Both the position numbers and the translations under genes were made by a program. From the NCBI GenBank assembly GCA_902494935.1, contig CABUVH010000001.1, positions 1 to 54,612 on the forward strand: DNA of 54,612 nt, read 5' to 3'. Numbering within the stretch: position 1 is the stretch's first letter; every line of letters begins with the position of its first letter. Shown here piece by piece: positions 27,560-36,086 of this stretch. Under the pieces are notes generated by a model that was given only the letters and a program-made list of their open reading frames with translations, was not told the origin of the DNA and did not search any database. The DNA comes from an uncultured Collinsella sp. (GTDB lineage: Bacteria; Actinomycetota; Coriobacteriia; Coriobacteriales; Coriobacteriaceae).

Positions 27560-30001
27560 CTACCCCAGCGAGCGGTTGAGGGAGCCGAGCTCGTCGTTGC
27601 CCATGGTGCGCCACATTTGGAAGATGCAACCGCGTGCCAGGAAAAAGAAGCCGTTGTCGACCAGTTGCACAGCGGCATCTGCCAGCTGATTCGTCACGGC
27701 GGACACTGGCGGCAGCTCGAGTCCAGCCTTGCGGATGGTCTCGACCGCTTCCTCGAACGTCGGAGGCTCGCTGACGCCCATCTCGTTCATAAGGCCCTGC
27801 ATTTCTTCCAGCGCGCTGCTGCCCGACTCCTCGCCGCGCGGCACCAGACGGTAACAAGCCAGCGCCAGGTCGAGTTGATCGCAATTCCAATAGGCAAACG
27901 CCAAGCGATAGAACAGGTAGCCGATTGCAGAACGATCGCTGGCAATACGTAGGCCGTGACGCGCCACCTCGATAATCTCGTCAAAGCGCTCCAGACGCGC
28001 AAGCACGTTGATGAGCGCAAAGTGCGATTGCATGGACGAGCGCGCCAGATCGTAAAGATGGCGCACCTCGGGCAATGCTCGTTCAAAGTCCTCTTGCTCG
28101 GCGTAAAAGCTGCAGATCTCGTGCTGGGCAAAGTACAGCGCATCGGGCGCACGAAGGATTCGCACAGAGCGGTCTTCTTCCAACACCGGTAGCACCATGC
28201 GCACCAGCTGGTTATCGCAAAACTGCGTTTGAACCGGACCTGTCGCCAAAAGCTCGGCGACGGCGCACTTAGCCTCCAACTCCTCGACAAGACGGGAAAA
28301 GCCTTCAAAAGCGCCTGTACGGTCGACTTTTGCCTGCTCGCGCAATTCAACAACACGGGCCACGTATGGGTCGTCGTCCTCTTCCATGACCTCCAACTCG
28401 TCAGCCGTATCGGCAAGTAGCAGATCGCACAGCGCCGGCGGCAGCGTGCGATGGTCATCACGCGGACGAGCATGAACCTCCGCAGGCTCAATCGTCTCCG
28501 GAGCGGTTGACTCATACGCCTCAAGCACACGCTTGCACGGCATATCGTCCATGTCCATGCTCTCAAGATCCTTGGCGACAGGCACGCAATCGGCCAGATA
28601 GGCCGCGCGCTCAAAGAAATACGTTGCGACAACGCGCTCGCCCTGCTCACTGTCGGGAGCAGCAATCTGCACATAGCAGCGCGTGATGCAGGTGCCCGCG
28701 GCAAAACACGCTGCCGCAAGCGTGAGTGCCACGCGCGCATCGTGCTCCGCGGCCCAGATCGCACGCGTGTCCTTGTCCAGCTCGCGCCAGGCGTCATCTT
28801 GAGCGTCGTATTCACGTTGCGGCATGGCATTCACGACAGAGTGCCCAAACCGAACGAGCATAATCCCCTCGGCAACGTTTGCCCGATAGGTATAGTCGAG
28901 CCGCGTGACCACGTTGAGCGCCTCAACGATTCGCGCAAAACGGGTGCGCACGTCCCACTCGCCGCCCGGCTGGCACGAAACCGTTCCCGGCTTGGCCCAC
29001 GGGTTATCGCTCGAAGCCGTATCGAGCAGTCGGGGAACATCGTTGGTCGTCTTGGCGATATGCCACGCATCAAAGAGCGCACAGCCCTCAAGGCTCGGCG
29101 AGGATGCCGCAGGGACCAATCCGGCCCCGATGCGCTCAAGGATGCCGGAGAGGCGGTTGAGACGGCACTCGATGGCAAGCAGCATGTCAATCTCGTCCTG
29201 ATCCAACAGGCTACGATCAAAATTGAGATAGAAAATCTTTGAGCGATCAATGCGAGCCAGGCTCATCTCGGACTTGGCAGCGATGGTGCGCAGACGGGGC
29301 AAGTCAATTTCGCTCATAAGGGTGGCGGCATAGCGCTCGATACCGCTCGGATTCTCGGCATGGTCAACGCGGTAAAGCAGCGTCTCGATAGCATCGGGGA
29401 GCGGTGCCGTGTTAAAGCCCAAAAACACCTCGACCGGCTCGGGCAACTTTACGAGCTTGATCTTGTCGACAACGTTTTGCATACCCTCGTCGAGTCCGCC
29501 GGCGTCCGCCGTGTTCACAATAGCGCCTTCGGAGTTGGCAAATATCACGTAGCGCAAGAACATCGAGGCCATGAACTCGCCGTAAGGAAGGGCGCGGGTC
29601 GAATTCCATGTCTCGTGGTCGGACTGCTCGCGCATGGGGCCTTCGGGAGAGCCGGCAGTTCGCGCGCACGCGCGCATTGCACCGTTAGCTTCCCTCACCA
29701 TAATCTCGCCAATACTGGAATCGGACTCGTGAAGGACCAGCTCCATGTCAGGGTCCTCGGGCAACGGTACTTCCCGAACAGGACGATCAACCTTATAAAC
29801 CTTGCCCGACACGCTCACGTAGCCCAAGAGCGATATGTGAGTTTTGCCGACGAATTCGACGACATAGCACGACTCTTTGGGGTCCTCGCCAAAGACTTTC
29901 CAGACAACACCATATGAGCGCCCCGCAGGCTGCTCTGGCATCGATGGAAAACGCTTTTTGGGGTCGAGAAACCTGAGCTTGTATGTCGGACGCTCTGCCA
30001 C
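27560..30001 (-). CDS. Large hypothetical protein with C-terminal TPR-like helical repeats
   Basis: 813-aa ORF; C-terminal LFYRLAFAYWNCDQLDLALACY and similar TPR-like helices; no catalytic motif recognised. Confidence 0.7.
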   Translation of the reverse strand: MAERPTYKLRFLDPKKRFPSMPEQPAGRSYGVVWKVFGEDPKESCYVVEFVGKTHISLLGYVSVSGKVYKVDRPVREVPLPEDPDMELVLHESDSSIGEIMVREANGAMRACARTAGSPEGPMREQSDHETWNSTRALPYGEFMASMFLRYVIFANSEGAIVNTADAGGLDEGMQNVVDKIKLVKLPEPVEVFLGFNTAPLPDAIETLLYRVDHAENPSGIERYAATLMSEIDLPRLRTIAAKSEMSLARIDRSKIFYLNFDRSLLDQDEIDMLLAIECRLNRLSGILERIGAGLVPAASSPSLEGCALFDAWHIAKTTNDVPRLLDTASSDNPWAKPGTVSCQPGGEWDVRTRFARIVEALNVVTRLDYTYRANVAEGIMLVRFGHSVVNAMPQREYDAQDDAWRELDKDTRAIWAAEHDARVALTLAAACFAAGTCITRCYVQIAAPDSEQGERVVATYFFERAAYLADCVPVAKDLESMDMDDMPCKRVLEAYESTAPETIEPAEVHARPRDDHRTLPPALCDLLLADTADELEVMEEDDDPYVARVVELREQAKVDRTGAFEGFSRLVEELEAKCAVAELLATGPVQTQFCDNQLVRMVLPVLEEDRSVRILRAPDALYFAQHEICSFYAEQEDFERALPEVRHLYDLARSSMQSHFALINVLARLERFDEIIEVARHGLRIASDRSAIGYLFYRLAFAYWNCDQLDLALACYRLVPRGEESGSSALEEMQGLMNEMGVSEPPTFEEAVETIRKAGLELPPVSAVTNQLADAAVQLVDNGFFFLARGCIFQMWRTMGNDELGSLNRSLG

Positions 30002-30093
30002 GAAATATCACCCTGATCAGTCATTGAAAGAAGGAGCGGTCGCGGATGGGCCGCGACACATACTCGGAATCTTACACGAGTCGATAAGAAATA

Positions 30094-30186
30094 GTCCGCT
30101 TCACGCTCGCGCCTCGACCGAGGTTCGAATCTATGCGGTGCTGCCATAAAAGAAAAGCCCCCGTTGCCGGAGGCTTCAAGTTCGAT
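30094..30186 (-). repeat. Truncated tRNA-linked unit (terminator, inverted T-loop, partial hairpin core) behind tRNA-Arg copy 1
   Basis: Near-identical to 30869-30961. Confidence 0.8.
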
Positions 30187-30263
30187 TGGTGCGGCGTATA
30201 GGATTCGAACCTATGACGTTCTGATTCGTAGTCAGACCCTCTATCCAGCTGAGGTAACGCCGC
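30187..30263 (-). tRNA. tRNA-Arg(ACG) copy 1
   Basis: GCGGCGT acceptor, TCTGA-CTACGAA-TCAGA anticodon arm, ATAGG-TTCGAAT-CCTAT, CCA. Confidence 0.97.
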
Positions 30264-30275
30264 GACTTGTTGATT

Positions 30276-30304
30276 ATTATGCACATGGACTGAATAATGG
30301 TCAA
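30276..30304 (-). promoter_or_regulatory. Sigma70-type promoter of tRNA-Arg copy 1
   Basis: TTGACC-17 bp-CATAAT with upstream A/T tracts. Confidence 0.75.
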
Positions 30305-30395
30305 GCATTTTTTCAAAAAAAGTTATTGAATTTAGTTTTTACTCATTTGGAGGGCTTGGTGCGATCTTCGACGCCTCGCGATATAGAAGAGCAGT

Positions 30396-30531
30396 CGTTG
30401 TTGGGAGCTTTAAAGTCTATTGGTGCGACGTATAGGATTCCGCGCATCCACTCCGGCTTCGACCGAGGTTCGAATCTCAGCAATGCTCCCATATAAGAAA
30501 AGCCCCCGTTGCCGGGAGCTTCAAAGTCAAT
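30396..30531 (-). repeat. Internally deleted tRNA-linked unit behind tRNA-Arg copy 2
   Basis: Duplicated tRNA 3' end 30421-30440 (1 mismatch), core reduced to about 20 nt, inverted T-loop 30466-30476, terminator. Confidence 0.75.
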
Positions 30532-30608
30532 TGGTGCGGCGTATAGGATTCGAACCTATGACGTTCTGATTCGTAGTCAGACCCTCTATCCAGCTGAGGT
30601 AACGCCGC
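30532..30608 (-). tRNA. tRNA-Arg(ACG) copy 2
   Basis: Identical to copy 1. Confidence 0.97.
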
Positions 30609-30620
30609 AACGCACGGATT

Positions 30621-30649
30621 ATTATGCACGCGAGCCCCCGATGGGTCAA
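30621..30649 (-). promoter_or_regulatory. Sigma70-type promoter of tRNA-Arg copy 2
   Basis: TTGACC-17 bp-CATAAT. Confidence 0.75.
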
Positions 30650-30699
30650 GCGACAATTTGAAAAAATTTTACGGAGTGGTGATTAGGCTGTTCACACCC

Positions 30700-30961
30700 C
30701 GACCGAGGTTCGAATCCATGCATGGTTTCCAAAAAAGAAAAGCCCCCGTTGCCGGAGGCTTCAAGTTCGATTGGTGCGGCGTATAGAATTCCGCGCATCC
30801 GCTTCGCGGATCCGCACCGGCCTCGCCCGCCTGCCGGCGCGCTCGCCCGCTCGCTACGGACGCTCCGCGTCCGCTTCACGCTCGCGCCTCGACCGAGGTT
30901 CGAATCCATGCGGTGTTGCCATAAAAGAAAAGCCCCCGTTGCTGGAGGCTTCAAGTTCGAT
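30700..30961 (-). repeat. tRNA-linked tandem unit, 190-bp period, behind tRNA-Arg copy 3
   Basis: 30700-30791 repeats 30890-30981; duplicated tRNA 3' end from 30772; hairpin core 30792-30890. Confidence 0.88.
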
Positions 30962-31038
30962 TGGTGCGGCGTATAGGATTCGAACCTATGACGTTCTGAT
31001 TCGTAGTCAGACCCTCTATCCAGCTGAGGTAACGCCGC
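30962..31038 (-). tRNA. tRNA-Arg(ACG) copy 3
   Basis: Identical to copies 1 and 2. Confidence 0.97.
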
Positions 31039-31112
31039 AGCGCAAGACATATAAAACCACTTTAGTTAGTTGGAGTCAAGCACAATCTCAAACTTTTTGA
31101 AGAATATGTTCC

Positions 31113-31490
31113 TCACGCAGCTCCGCATGCGCCAACGTCCCCCATGCGATCAATCGGCTTTTCAACCACATCGAACCCGGCACCGAGCTCCCTCAACAGC
31201 GAGCGCACCCGCTGGGCACAGTCATAATCGGCAAACGAGATACTCAACATGCGCGCCACCTGGTTAGAAGTCTCAACTCCATAGAACCGCTCAAGTGCCA
31301 CAAGCCCCTCGTGTGTCACAAAGGTCTCGACTACATGCGGCGACCCCTCAAAGCACCATTGGGTCAACGGACCCTCGCTCGTCTGCCGCACCACCAAACC
31401 ACCCATACCGGATGGCTCACACGTAACTAGTAGGTGCTCCCCACCTTCATCGCTCTCAAACAAAACTACCCGCTCATCAAACAGCTCCAT
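31113..31490 (-). CDS. Hypothetical protein (125 aa), probably SOS-regulated
   Basis: ATG with GGAAGGGG RBS; acidic soluble protein; LexA-type box upstream. Confidence 0.7.
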   Translation of the reverse strand: MELFDERVVLFESDEGGEHLLVTCEPSGMGGLVVRQTSEGPLTQWCFEGSPHVVETFVTHEGLVALERFYGVETSNQVARMLSISFADYDCAQRVRSLLRELGAGFDVVEKPIDRMGDVGACGAA

Positions 31491-31549
31491 CGCATCCCCT
31501 TCCTCTCGCTTCTATTTAACAAAAGCATAGCAGGTAGATGCCTGTATAC

Positions 31550-31563
31550 AGAACGTTTGTTCG
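31550..31563. promoter_or_regulatory. LexA (SOS/Cheo) box
   Basis: AGAAC-GTTT-GTTCG matches the Gram-positive GAAC-N4-GTTC consensus, next to a TATACA -10-like hexamer on the minus strand. Confidence 0.7.
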
Positions 31564-31611
31564 TGTGTTTTCTATTGAGCTGTCCGCGCGATATGGTAAA
31601 GTTCCGCACAC

Positions 31612-31641
31612 AAAAAGGGCGCCCCAGAAAGGAGCGCCCTT
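31612..31641 (-). terminator. Intrinsic terminator after serS
   Basis: AAGGGCGC/GCGCCCTT stem plus T-tract. Confidence 0.75.
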
Positions 31642-31663
31642 GCAAATCGCTTATGCAGGCAAC

Positions 31664-32947
31664 CTACGCAACCGGCTCGATCTTCTCGAGGCCGCCCATG
31701 TAAGGACGAAGAACCTCGGGGACCGTGATGGTGCCGTCGGCGTTCTGGTAGTTCTCCAGAATGGCGGCCATGGTGCGGCCAGCCGGCAGGCCGGAACCGT
31801 TGAGGGTGTGCAGGTAGCGCGAGCCCTTGAAGTTCTCGGGGTCGCGATACTTGATGTTGGCGCGACGGGCCTGGAAATCGCCGCAGTTAGAGCAGGAGCT
31901 GATCTCCTTGTAGGCGTTGTAGCTCGGCAGCCAGACCTCGATGTCGTAGGTCTGACGGGCAGAGAAGCCCAGGTCGCCGGTGCACAGGCTAATCACGCGA
32001 TACGGAAGGCCCAGCTGCTGCAGCAGGTACTCGGCCTCGGCGGTCATGCTCTCGAGCTCCTCGTCGGACTCCTCCGGCTTGGCAAACTTGACCATCTCGA
32101 CCTTGTCGAACTCGTGCTGGCGAATGATGCCGCGGGTGTCGCGACCAGCGGAGCCGGCCTCCTCGCGGAAGCAGGGGGTAAAGGCGGTGTAGCGGCGCGG
32201 CAGGGTATCAGCATCGAGAACCTCGCCGGCGTGCAGGTTGGTAAGCACGACCTCGGCGGTGGGGATCAGGAAGTTGTCGCCCGAGACGTGATAGGCGTCG
32301 TCCTCGAACTTGGGCAGCTGACCCGTGCCAAACATGGTCTGACGCTTGACGACGATGGGCGGCCACCACTCCTTAAAGCCACGGCTGGTGTGCGTGTCAA
32401 GGAAGAAGTTGATGAGGGCACGCTCAAGACGGGCGCCGGCGCCACCGAGAACGGTAAAGCGGCTACCGGAGAGCTTGTTGCCGCGCTCGAAATCGAGGAT
32501 GTCGAGGTCGGTGCCCAGGTCCCAGTGCGGCTTAAAGTCGAAGTCGAACTCGCGCGGGGTGCCCCAACGACGGCGCTCGATGTTCTCGTCCTCGTCCTTG
32601 CCGTACGGCGTGGCCTCGCAAGGGATGTTGGGAAGGTGAGCCATAAAGTCGTACTGCTCCTGCTCGAGAGCGGTGCGGCGCTCGGCCAGACCGTCAATCT
32701 TCTCGTTGACGGCGCGCACGGCCTCCTTGGCGGCCTCGGCCTCGTCCTTCTTGCCCTCCTTCATCAGGGCGCCGATCTTCTTGGACTCGGCATTACGCGT
32801 GGCCTGGAGCTCCTCGACCTCGGTGATGACGGCACGGCGCTCGTCGTCGAGCTCGAAGAACTTTTCTCGATCCCAAGACGTCTGGCGGTTGGCCATGGCG
32901 GTATCGATGGCATCGGGGTTCTCGCGAACAAACTTGATATCAAGCAT
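31664..32947 (-). CDS. serS: Serine--tRNA ligase
   Basis: [67 protein letters not shown] 32947 with GGAGG. Confidence 0.97.
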   Translation of the reverse strand: MLDIKFVRENPDAIDTAMANRQTSWDREKFFELDDERRAVITEVEELQATRNAESKKIGALMKEGKKDEAEAAKEAVRAVNEKIDGLAERRTALEQEQYDFMAHLPNIPCEATPYGKDEDENIERRRWGTPREFDFDFKPHWDLGTDLDILDFERGNKLSGSRFTVLGGAGARLERALINFFLDTHTSRGFKEWWPPIVVKRQTMFGTGQLPKFEDDAYHVSGDNFLIPTAEVVLTNLHAGEVLDADTLPRRYTAFTPCFREEAGSAGRDTRGIIRQHEFDKVEMVKFAKPEESDEELESMTAEAEYLLQQLGLPYRVISLCTGDLGFSARQTYDIEVWLPSYNAYKEISSCSNCGDFQARRANIKYRDPENFKGSRYLHTLNGSGLPAGRTMAAILENYQNADGTITVPEVLRPYMGGLEKIEPVA

Positions 32948-33058
32948 TAGATCCTCCGGCGATATACATTCCATTTAGGTTGCAACCTTGTACATGTATG
33001 GGCAAGTATATACTTATGAGCGTTTACGACCCAACCCAACTACGCAAGAAGGCACCCA

Positions 33059-33232
33059 ATGGACGCAGTTTTTTCCTTTTTGTTTGGCACCCGCACCGGT
33101 TTTGCCATCCTTTTCGCCGGCGGCATCCTACTGTTTGCGATTCTTGCCTTTGTAATGGAGAAGCGCACCCATAAGATGTATGTCGACCGTGGCCCCAAGT
33201 CCGAGGACGAAGAAGACGGCTTCTGGGACTAG
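33059..33232 (+). CDS. Small single-pass membrane protein (57 aa), absent from the ORF track
   Basis: AAGAAGG RBS; MDAVFSFLFGTRTGFAILFAGGILLFAILAFVMEKRTHKMYVDRGPKSEDEEDGFWD: TM helix, basic patch, acidic tail. Confidence 0.75.
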   Translation: MDAVFSFLFGTRTGFAILFAGGILLFAILAFVMEKRTHKMYVDRGPKSEDEEDGFWD

Positions 33233-33391
33233 CCTGCCAAAAAGAGACAGGCTTATTTTGGTCGGTTTTATCTGGGCAAACGCAAGCGCCCCGCAACTGG
33301 AATTGAGCCAGTCGCGGGGCGCTTTTCGTACATGCAACAAAACCGCAGGAAAAAACCTGCCAAAATAAACCTGTCCCTAAATGGCGGGTTT
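33233..33391. repeat. Pair of inverted GGGAC-loop hairpin units enclosing a terminator-like hairpin
   Basis: CCTGCCAAAAAGAGACAGGCTTATTTTGGTCGG ... AAGCGCCCCGC/GCGGGGCGCTT ... CCTGCCAAAATAAACCTGTCCCTAAATGGCGGG. Confidence 0.7.
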
Positions 33392-34161
33392 TACTGGAGG
33401 GTGGCGTCGATGGCCTTGACCAGAGCGCTGCGCATACCGGCGTCCTCGAGCGCGACGACGCCCTTGATGGTGGCGCCACCGGGTGAGCATACGGCATCCT
33501 TCATCGCCGCAGGATGCTGGCCAGTCGCAAGCTGTAGCTTTGCCGTGCCCAGCACCATCTGGCTCACAATGCGATAGGCATCGGCGCGCGGGATACCGTG
33601 CTTGACGGCCGCGTCGCCCAAGGCTTCAATCGCCATGGCGACAAATGCCGGTGCGCAACCGCCCACGGTACCGCCCACAAACAGCAGACTCGTGTCGAGC
33701 TCGACGACGGTGCCAAGCTTACCGAGCAGGTCGAGCACCACGGCACGCTGCTCGCCGTTGAGCGTAGAGGACTTCTCGCAGGCGATGACGCCCTCGCCCA
33801 CCGAAACCGGCGTGTTGGGCACCGTCGAGATGTGTGCGACACCCGGCAGGACCTGCTCCCACTTGGCGCTATCCCAGGTCCAGGCGACCGAAAGGACAAC
33901 CTTGTCGGCAAGGGTTTCTTTGAGCGGAGCGAAGACCTTCTCAATCATGTATGGCTTGACCGCAGCAACCACGATATCGGATGCGGCGACAACCTCCGCC
34001 GCATCACGACAGGCAACCATCCCACGTGCCTCACAACGCTCGACCAAGGCGTCGTAGTGGCCCGCGCAGGCGCACATATCGCTCGCAGCCACACCGGCGG
34101 CGATCCAGCCATCGGCCATAGCGCTCGCCATATTGCCAAAACCGACAAATCCGATCTTCAT
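33391..34161 (-). CDS. proC: Pyrroline-5-carboxylate reductase
   Basis: KIGFVGFGNMA, AVKP, PNTP, GCAPAF, VCSPGGATI. Confidence 0.95.
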   Translation of the reverse strand: MKIGFVGFGNMASAMADGWIAAGVAASDMCACAGHYDALVERCEARGMVACRDAAEVVAASDIVVAAVKPYMIEKVFAPLKETLADKVVLSVAWTWDSAKWEQVLPGVAHISTVPNTPVSVGEGVIACEKSSTLNGEQRAVVLDLLGKLGTVVELDTSLLFVGGTVGGCAPAFVAMAIEALGDAAVKHGIPRADAYRIVSQMVLGTAKLQLATGQHPAAMKDAVCSPGGATIKGVVALEDAGMRSALVKAIDATLQ

Positions 34162-34234
34162 ATCTCATAGTCCTCTCAGACACGCTCTTCAAAACGAAGG
34201 CTATTGTCCCACGGCATTGTTTCGTATTGCCGAC

Positions 34235-34705
34235 CTATTTGTGATACGGCTCGCCACGGCTGATCTTGCAGGCGCGGTAGATTTGCTCCAGCAGCACCAC
34301 GCGCGCCAAGTTATGCGGCAAGGTAATGCGTCCAAAGCTGAGCATCTCGTCGGCTCGTGCGCGCACGTCATCGCTCACGCCGTCCGATCCGCCAATCACA
34401 AAGGCGATGTCGCTGTTACCACGCAGCATAAGATCATCGAGCCGCGCCGAAAGCTCCTCGCTCGAGCGCTCTTTGCCCTCAATGGCCAGCAAGATCACAT
34501 GCGCTCGAGGCGGCAGGGTTGCAAGAATCGCCACCCCCTCCTTGTCGCGCGCGGCATCCACGCCGCCCGCCTTAGCCGGGTCGATATCGGCCACCTCGCG
34601 GATATCCACCTTGGCATAGGCACCTAGGCGCTTGGTGTACTCGGCACACGCGTCCTTCCAAAAGCGCTCCTTGAGCTTACCAACGCAAACGACGGTGTAT
34701 TTCAC
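34235..34705 (-). CDS. rlmH: 23S rRNA (pseudouridine1915-N3)-methyltransferase
   Basis: VGKLKE, FVIGGSDG, LSFGRITLPH, LLEQIYRA, GEPYHK. Confidence 0.95.
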   Translation of the reverse strand: MKYTVVCVGKLKERFWKDACAEYTKRLGAYAKVDIREVADIDPAKAGGVDAARDKEGVAILATLPPRAHVILLAIEGKERSSEELSARLDDLMLRGNSDIAFVIGGSDGVSDDVRARADEMLSFGRITLPHNLARVVLLEQIYRACKISRGEPYHK

Positions 34706-34711
34706 GCGCGT

Positions 34712-35650
34712 CTACTCCTTCAAATCGTTTTGAACTTTGCCGGCGGCCAGCATCTGCTCGAACATCGAGGCCGACTGCGAGAAATCGCTCGGCAGCACGA
34801 CCGTCGATGTTTTACCCGTGCGAGCGAACTCCGTCATCATCTCGGACCACTGCGTAAACATGAACAGCTGGTTGGCCTCGTCGTTGCCGACACCCGTCTC
34901 CTGGATGATCTCGAGCGAATCCTTGATGCCCAGCGCGATGGCCTTGCGCTGGTTGGCGATGCCCTCGCCCGCCTTTTCCATCGCCTCGGCCTCGGCGGTC
35001 GCCTCGGTGACGCGCTTGATGCGGTCGGCCTCGGCGAGCTCCTGCGCAGCAGCGCGCTTGCGCTGGGCGGCGTTGATGTCGTTCATGGAGTTCTCGACCT
35101 CGGTCGGCAGCGCGATCTTGGTGATGAGTGTCGACACGAGGGTGAAGCCGTAGGCGGCCATCTGCCCGGACACGGTGGCGTTGACGTCCTTGGCGATGTC
35201 ATCCTTCTTAGCAAAGACCTCATCGAGCGTGTAGACAGGGATGGAAGAGCGCAGGGCATCGGTGATGAAATCGCGCATCTGGTCGACGGGCTCCTGCAGC
35301 ATGTAGTAGCTCTTGTAGATGCCCGAATCTGCCGGGCCGGCGCCCATGTCATAGCTCACGTGGTACTGAGCGGATACCTCAAGGCCGATGGTCACGTTGT
35401 CCTGGGTCTTAACGTCGATGCCGAAGCCGTTTTTCATGGTGCGCAGACTCACCGTGGCAGCCTTGCGGTCGATCACGGGCACCTTCATGTGGAAGCCCGC
35501 GTTGACGATGCGGTTGAACTTGCCCAAGCGCTCAATGATTACAGCATGCTGCTGTTCAACGACATAGCAAGCGTTGGGAAGCAGTAGCAACAAAATGATG
35601 ATGGGAAGTAGAAGGCTCGTAAGAGCAGCGATAATACCGGACAACAGCAT
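34712..35650 (-). CDS. SPFH/band 7 domain membrane protein
   Basis: N-terminal TM, IIERLGKF, KTQDNV, INAAQR, AEAE...GEGIANQR. Confidence 0.9.
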   Translation of the reverse strand: MLLSGIIAALTSLLLPIIILLLLLPNACYVVEQQHAVIIERLGKFNRIVNAGFHMKVPVIDRKAATVSLRTMKNGFGIDVKTQDNVTIGLEVSAQYHVSYDMGAGPADSGIYKSYYMLQEPVDQMRDFITDALRSSIPVYTLDEVFAKKDDIAKDVNATVSGQMAAYGFTLVSTLITKIALPTEVENSMNDINAAQRKRAAAQELAEADRIKRVTEATAEAEAMEKAGEGIANQRKAIALGIKDSLEIIQETGVGNDEANQLFMFTQWSEMMTEFARTGKTSTVVLPSDFSQSASMFEQMLAAGKVQNDLKE

Positions 35651-35721
35651 GGTCTCTCCTCTGATAGGTACACGTTGGCACTAGGATACCCGCAGGAAGC
35701 AGCCACGTGACACCAACAGGA

Positions 35722-35956
35722 GGCCCATAACAAAAAAGCCCCCATTGCTGGGAGCTCTTTCAATCAATGGTGCGGGCGAAAGGACGTCCGCGTATCCGCT
35801 TCGCGGATCCGCACCGGCTTCGCCCGCCTGCCGGCGGACTCGCCAGCTCGCTAAAAACGCTCCGCGTTTTCTTTACGCTCGCTCCTTCACAGGTTCAAGT
35901 CCCTGCGATGGGCCCATAACAAAAAAGCCCCCATTGCTGGGAGCTCTTTCATTTAA
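35722..35956 (-). repeat. tRNA-linked tandem unit, 189-bp period, behind tRNA-Leu
   Basis: 35722-35785 repeats 35911-35974 (2 mismatches), including the last 18 nt of the tRNA; core 35786-35890 homologous to the Arg core; inverted T-loop 35891-35902. Confidence 0.88.
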
Positions 35957-36043
35957 TGGTGCGGGCGAAAGGACTTGAACCTTCATGGGGTTGCCCCCAT
36001 ACGGACCTGAACCGTACGCGTCTGCCAATTCCGCCACGCCCGC
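35957..36043 (-). tRNA. tRNA-Leu(CAG)
   Basis: GCGGGCG acceptor, TACGG-TTCAGGT-CCGTA anticodon arm, variable arm, GGTTCAAGTCC, CCA. Confidence 0.97.
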
Positions 36044-36054
36044 GTGCAGGAATT

Positions 36055-36083
36055 AGAATAACGGAGCGCCACCACGAACGCAA
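36055..36083 (-). promoter_or_regulatory. Sigma70-type promoter of tRNA-Leu
   Basis: TTGCGT-17 bp-TATTCT. Confidence 0.6.
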
Positions 36084-36086
36084 GAA

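Noticed and set aside
30094..31038. CRISPR array suggested by recurring repeats
   Set aside because: The repeats are tRNA genes, their 3' ends and terminators with 190-430 bp periods. There are no 25-45 bp repeats with unique spacers and no cas genes.
30646..31100. ORFs across tRNA and repeat regions (also 35745-35978 and 41579-42121)
   Set aside because: They translate tRNA and palindromic sequence; the repeated peptides merely reflect the DNA duplication.
32980..33174. 64-aa ORF listed in the track
   Set aside because: The overlapping frame 33059-33232 has a proper RBS and a coherent membrane-protein pattern; the listed frame does not.
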